A DNA stretch of 53,527 nucleotides, filler included, from Sphacelaria rigidula (lineage: Eukaryota): NCBI GenBank assembly GCA_964200075.2. It is 5 parts of 5 records of this genome, joined end to end, with 100 filler letters (N's around TTAATTAATTAA, not from the genome) between each part and the next. Parts side by side here need not be neighbours in the genome. Positions count along the whole stretch, not along the records: positions 42,903 to 53,527 come from CAXNAA020006179.1; 4 more parts are not named here. One strand, written 5' to 3'. Position 1 is the stretch's first letter. Each line of letters opens with the position of its first letter. Positions 49,984 to 53,527 of this stretch are shown one piece after another. The position numbers and the translations under genes were made by a program. Below the pieces are notes generated by a model that did not search any database, had not been told where the DNA came from, and worked only from the letters and a program-made list of their open reading frames with translations.

Positions 49984-50284
49984 GGCAGCGGCGTCAGCAG
50001 GCGTCCGGTTCTGGGTTCGGTTCAGCCGCAGGGGCTGCTGCTCCGCAACGGACGGTGCAGGTGTGACAGACCTCTCTAGTGTCGGGCTCGGTGCTGGTGC
50101 CGCCGGCAGCAGAGCATGGCGAGACGCCGGCTGCGGAGCCGGCCGGTTTTCAGCTGAAATTTGAATCGGCTGCTGCGTCGGCCGGGGTACCGCTACAATT
50201 TGGTTCTACCGGCGGGGCTTCGTACCCGCCGACGGTGCCGGTGACCCCAGCGGGGGCGTCTCTGCCTGCGCCGCGCGCGCAGCC

Positions 50285-53200
50285 GTGGCGCCAAAAGGGG
50301 ATTACGAACATCAGTCGGCAGAGCAGGTGCCGGTCGAGGACCAAGACAATAATGTCCCTGCCGAGTTATATCTGCCCGATCAACGAGTGCGGGGAGCTAT
50401 ATCGGTCAAAGCGGTGTTGGATTCAGGCGCCCACTTCACGAGCATGTCGGTGCTAATTGTGGAGATGCTGCAGCGTCTACTCCCCGGTGAGCAAATCCGA
50501 ATTCCGTTTTCGCTCGGGGCGCGGCAGGCCATCACCGCATCGGGGCAACGTATAAATGTGACGGAGCGTACAATTCTCCTACAGTTGGCGTTCCTGACTA
50601 CTTAGGGGCCAGCAAAATTACCCCCAATATCGTTTGCGATCATGCCGGGGACGGCTGGTGTCGTTCTGTTGGGCCTACCGACGCGTCGGGGTCTCGGAGT
50701 CGATCCGTATGATTGGTTGTTAGAGTCCCTAAAAAAGGAAATGCCGTCGCCCGGATCGAGTGTCGAGACGCCTGCCGTTTTGGCCAGTCGCAGAGTGAGC
50801 TTGTCGGTTGATGCTTTCCAGAAGGCGGGGGGGGCAAGTGTCCGAGGAGCGTGATGAGGCAGTGAAACGCTTGGTGGAGCGCGGCCCCGATATGTTTATG
50901 GAGCCGGCGGAAGAAGAGTCCGTAGGAAAGGCTGCGCTTGAGGAAAGCGTGACGGATGCGGTGGAAAGTGGCCTCGAAGTCTCAAAAGCGGAGCGCTTGC
51001 GTGGCATACTGTATCGCCGCGTTAACGCGTTTCGTCGTGAGCTGAGGGGTGATCCCCCTGCGCGCGTGACACCCATGAGGGTTACACTGAAGCCAGGGGC
51101 GGCCGCGGTGGAGGCAAAACCGAGGAGGTATGATCCGGTTAAGTCTAGTCGGCTAGCTTCTTGCATGAGAGCTCTTGTGGCGTTTGGGTCGGTGTTCAGG
51201 AATCTACAGGCGGTGTGGTCCAGTCCAGCGATGGCGGTGCCGAAGAAGGACTCTTTCCGTCTTGTCAGTGATTACGAAGCCGTCAATTATCAGGTGGAGA
51301 AGTCGCCGGGTGTCATGCCCAATCAGGAATCCGACATGATGGACCTATTGAGTGCGCAATGTTTCGGCAAGCTGGACTTCCTACAGGGGTACTGGCAGAT
51401 GCCGTTGGCCGAAGAGGCGCAAGAGATATTCACAATCACGACTATGTTTGGCATGTTTACCCCGCAAAGAGTACCGCAAGGCGTGTTGAATACTACTTCC
51501 TATTTTCAAGGTGTCATGGTAGACCTTTTAGATGGCTTCAAATGCAAGATTTGGGTGGATGATGTATTTTTCTTCGCAGATACGGAAGATGAACTGTTGG
51601 ATACGCTTGATGCAATCTTGGCTCGCTTAGAGAGTGTTGGTCTGTTTGCAGCTGCCCACAAGTGTACCTTTTTTGCTAGTGAACTAGTGTGGTGTGGGAA
51701 AGTATACTCACACAGCCGCGTCTCGCATGATCCGATGCGCTTGCAAGGCTTGTCTGACATGCGGCATCCAGAAACAGCCGCAGAATTAATGCAATTCCTG
51801 CACGCAATGAACTGGCTGCGTACCTCGGTGCCACGTATGGCCGAAGTAGTGGCGCCCTTACGCGGTTTTCTAGAGGAACTCATGGTGGGGGCAGCAAGGC
51901 GCACGAAGCGGGTGGCAAAAAATCGTGTTATTCCACCCGCCTCGTGGACGGAGGACAGGCTGCAGGCATGGGCGGCAGCGAAGGATCTGGTGGCTCACGC
52001 CGTGACGCTGTTCCATCCCCGCCCCGGTTGCCAGGTGCTGATGTTTCCGGATGCATCCGAGTGTCATTGGGGTAGCTTTGTCACGCAGGTGCCTAATGCA
52101 GAAATGCAACGACGGTTGCCGGTTGAAGACATGACGCATAAACCGCTGGCTTTTCTGAGTGGCAATTTCAAGGGTTCCCAGATGCGTTGAGCAACAATTG
52201 ACAAAGAAGGTTTCGCAATCGTGACCAGTTTTCGTCGTCTCGAGCATTTATTGTGGAATGGCGTACACATTTTCACGGATCACCGAAATCTAGTGTACAT
52301 TTTCAACCCGCAGGCATGCGTAACATCTGTATCGAAGGCGTTGGCACAGCGATTGGACGGATGGAAAGGAGTATTTGGACAGTATCGGTACACAATTTGT
52401 CACATTTCGGGTGAGCGTAACGCGTGGGGTGACTTGGTGTCGCGCTGGGTAAATATTCCCACTTTGCCTGCGCGCGCTGTGGCTGTGTATGGTCCGTGCG
52501 AACCTGATGACTCGATGCCGTCCAAATCTGTTGTCCGCCAAGCGCAACGAAAAGACCTCTGGGCCGACGATGCGGATGTGCAATCTTTCGAGTCGGACGT
52601 TGGTACTGCTATCTTGGACAATGAAGGTCTGTTTCGTGTGCATGTGCGTGGCCGAAATGTTTGGTGGATTCCGAGTTCTGACAAGCAGTTGCAGGTCCGT
52701 TTGACGATTTGTGCGCACATGCGCGATGCCGGGCATCGAGGTGTGGATACGACGCTCGTGCGCTTGGAAGAGTTTTGTGTCTAGAAGGGGGTAGAATCTG
52801 ATGTGCGCGAATTTGTCCGCCAGTGTCTTCACTGTGCTGACTCGAGGGCGGGCGATGTTGTTCCCCGCCCGCTCGGTGAAACGGTCCATGGGACTACGCC
52901 GAATGAAGTCGTTCACTTTGACTTCTTACACTTGGGCGAGAGTGGCCCGCTAGCTTCCCAAGGTTTGTCGGAGGATGCTGGGTTCCGATAATTTTTGGTC
53001 ATCATGGATGATTTGAGCAATCTTGTGGCTCTGGAACCAGTAGCCGTCTGTACTGCTGAATCGACTGCTGCGTCTTTGCTGAACTGGTGCAAACCTTTGG
53101 GGGTGCCCCGTGTGTGGGTGAGTGATACCGCCACGCATCAAAAGAGTGCGATCTTTGCTCGGTTGCGAGAGGCGTTGCGCGTTGATCAAAACCGATGCGT

Positions 53201-53400
53201 ATTCTCCGTGGTCTAACGGTACGTGCGAACGCATGGTGAAGGAAGTAGTTCGTGCTCTTCGCTCTATTCTTCTCGAGCAGCGTCGAGAGGTGACCGAGTG
53301 GGTTGACGTGTTGCCCGCTGTGCAATGGGCGCTAAATAAGCATATCGCCGTCGGTACGATAGTACGCCGTATCACGTGATGTTTGGTCATGCCCCTCGGA
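50285..53400 (+). pseudogene. pol: Pol: protease, reverse transcriptase, RNase H, integrase (disrupted)
   Basis: Protease AVLDSGA. RT LDFLQGYWQ, RVPQG and WVDD. RNase H FPDAS and FTDHRNL. Integrase H..AGH...CLHC, HFDF, VSD and NGTCER. Stops at ~50603, 52188, 52782 and 52989; frameshifts near 50830 and 53190. Confidence 0.93.
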
Positions 53401-53527
53401 CGTCTTTCTCGGTACTAGCGTCCTCGTCGGAGGGGGGATGGAAGTGTGATGTTCTGGACGATGTTCAAATTAAGAGTGCATTGAAATGAGTCTTGGACTT
53501 GCAAGAACGTTTCCACGTTCAAGTGCA

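Larger units (their letters stand above)
48461..53527 (+). mobile_element. Decayed Ty3/gypsy LTR retrotransposon, truncated by window end
   Basis: Domain order gag-PR-RT-RH-IN with multiple stops and frameshifts. Candidate 5' LTR starts TGTG at 48461; its end is uncertain (CACA at 48709 or 48997). Confidence 0.93.

Noticed and set aside
50603..52784. Targeted hypermutation or stop recoding (three stops at expected Trp codons)
   Set aside because: TGG is one transition away from TAG and TGA. Both types occur along with TAA stops and frameshifts, consistent with ordinary decay.

Overview
Repeat-rich eukaryotic genomic DNA, most consistent with a brown alga or related stramenopile. This is an inference from long GT-AG introns, GC-rich exons with polyQ/S tracts and a WVDD-type gypsy RT. 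The window is not one continuous locus. It consists of five segments of almost identical length (10627, 10625, 10625, 10625, 10625 nt) joined by identical 100-nt N44-TTAATTAATTAA-N44 spacers, so features in different segments should not be treated as neighbours. Segment 1 holds the 5' three exons of a TPR + Aha1-N-like Hsp90 co-chaperone gene. Segment 2 holds a Tc1/mariner transposase relic folded into an inverted repeat, and a multi-exon Cys-containing LRR gene with a probable TRAF-type zinc finger. Segment 3 holds the 3' part of a VPS9-domain (Rab5 GEF-like) gene with a ~450-aa low-complexity insertion. Segment 4 has no supportable gene and contains tRNA-derived SINEs, TTAA MITEs and tandem arrays. 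Segment 5 holds nested DNA-transposon relics and a decayed Ty3/gypsy retrotransposon. I found no CRISPR array, prokaryote-type system or Fanzor/TnpB ORF. The best novelty candidates are transposon-level patterns and unusual domain architectures.
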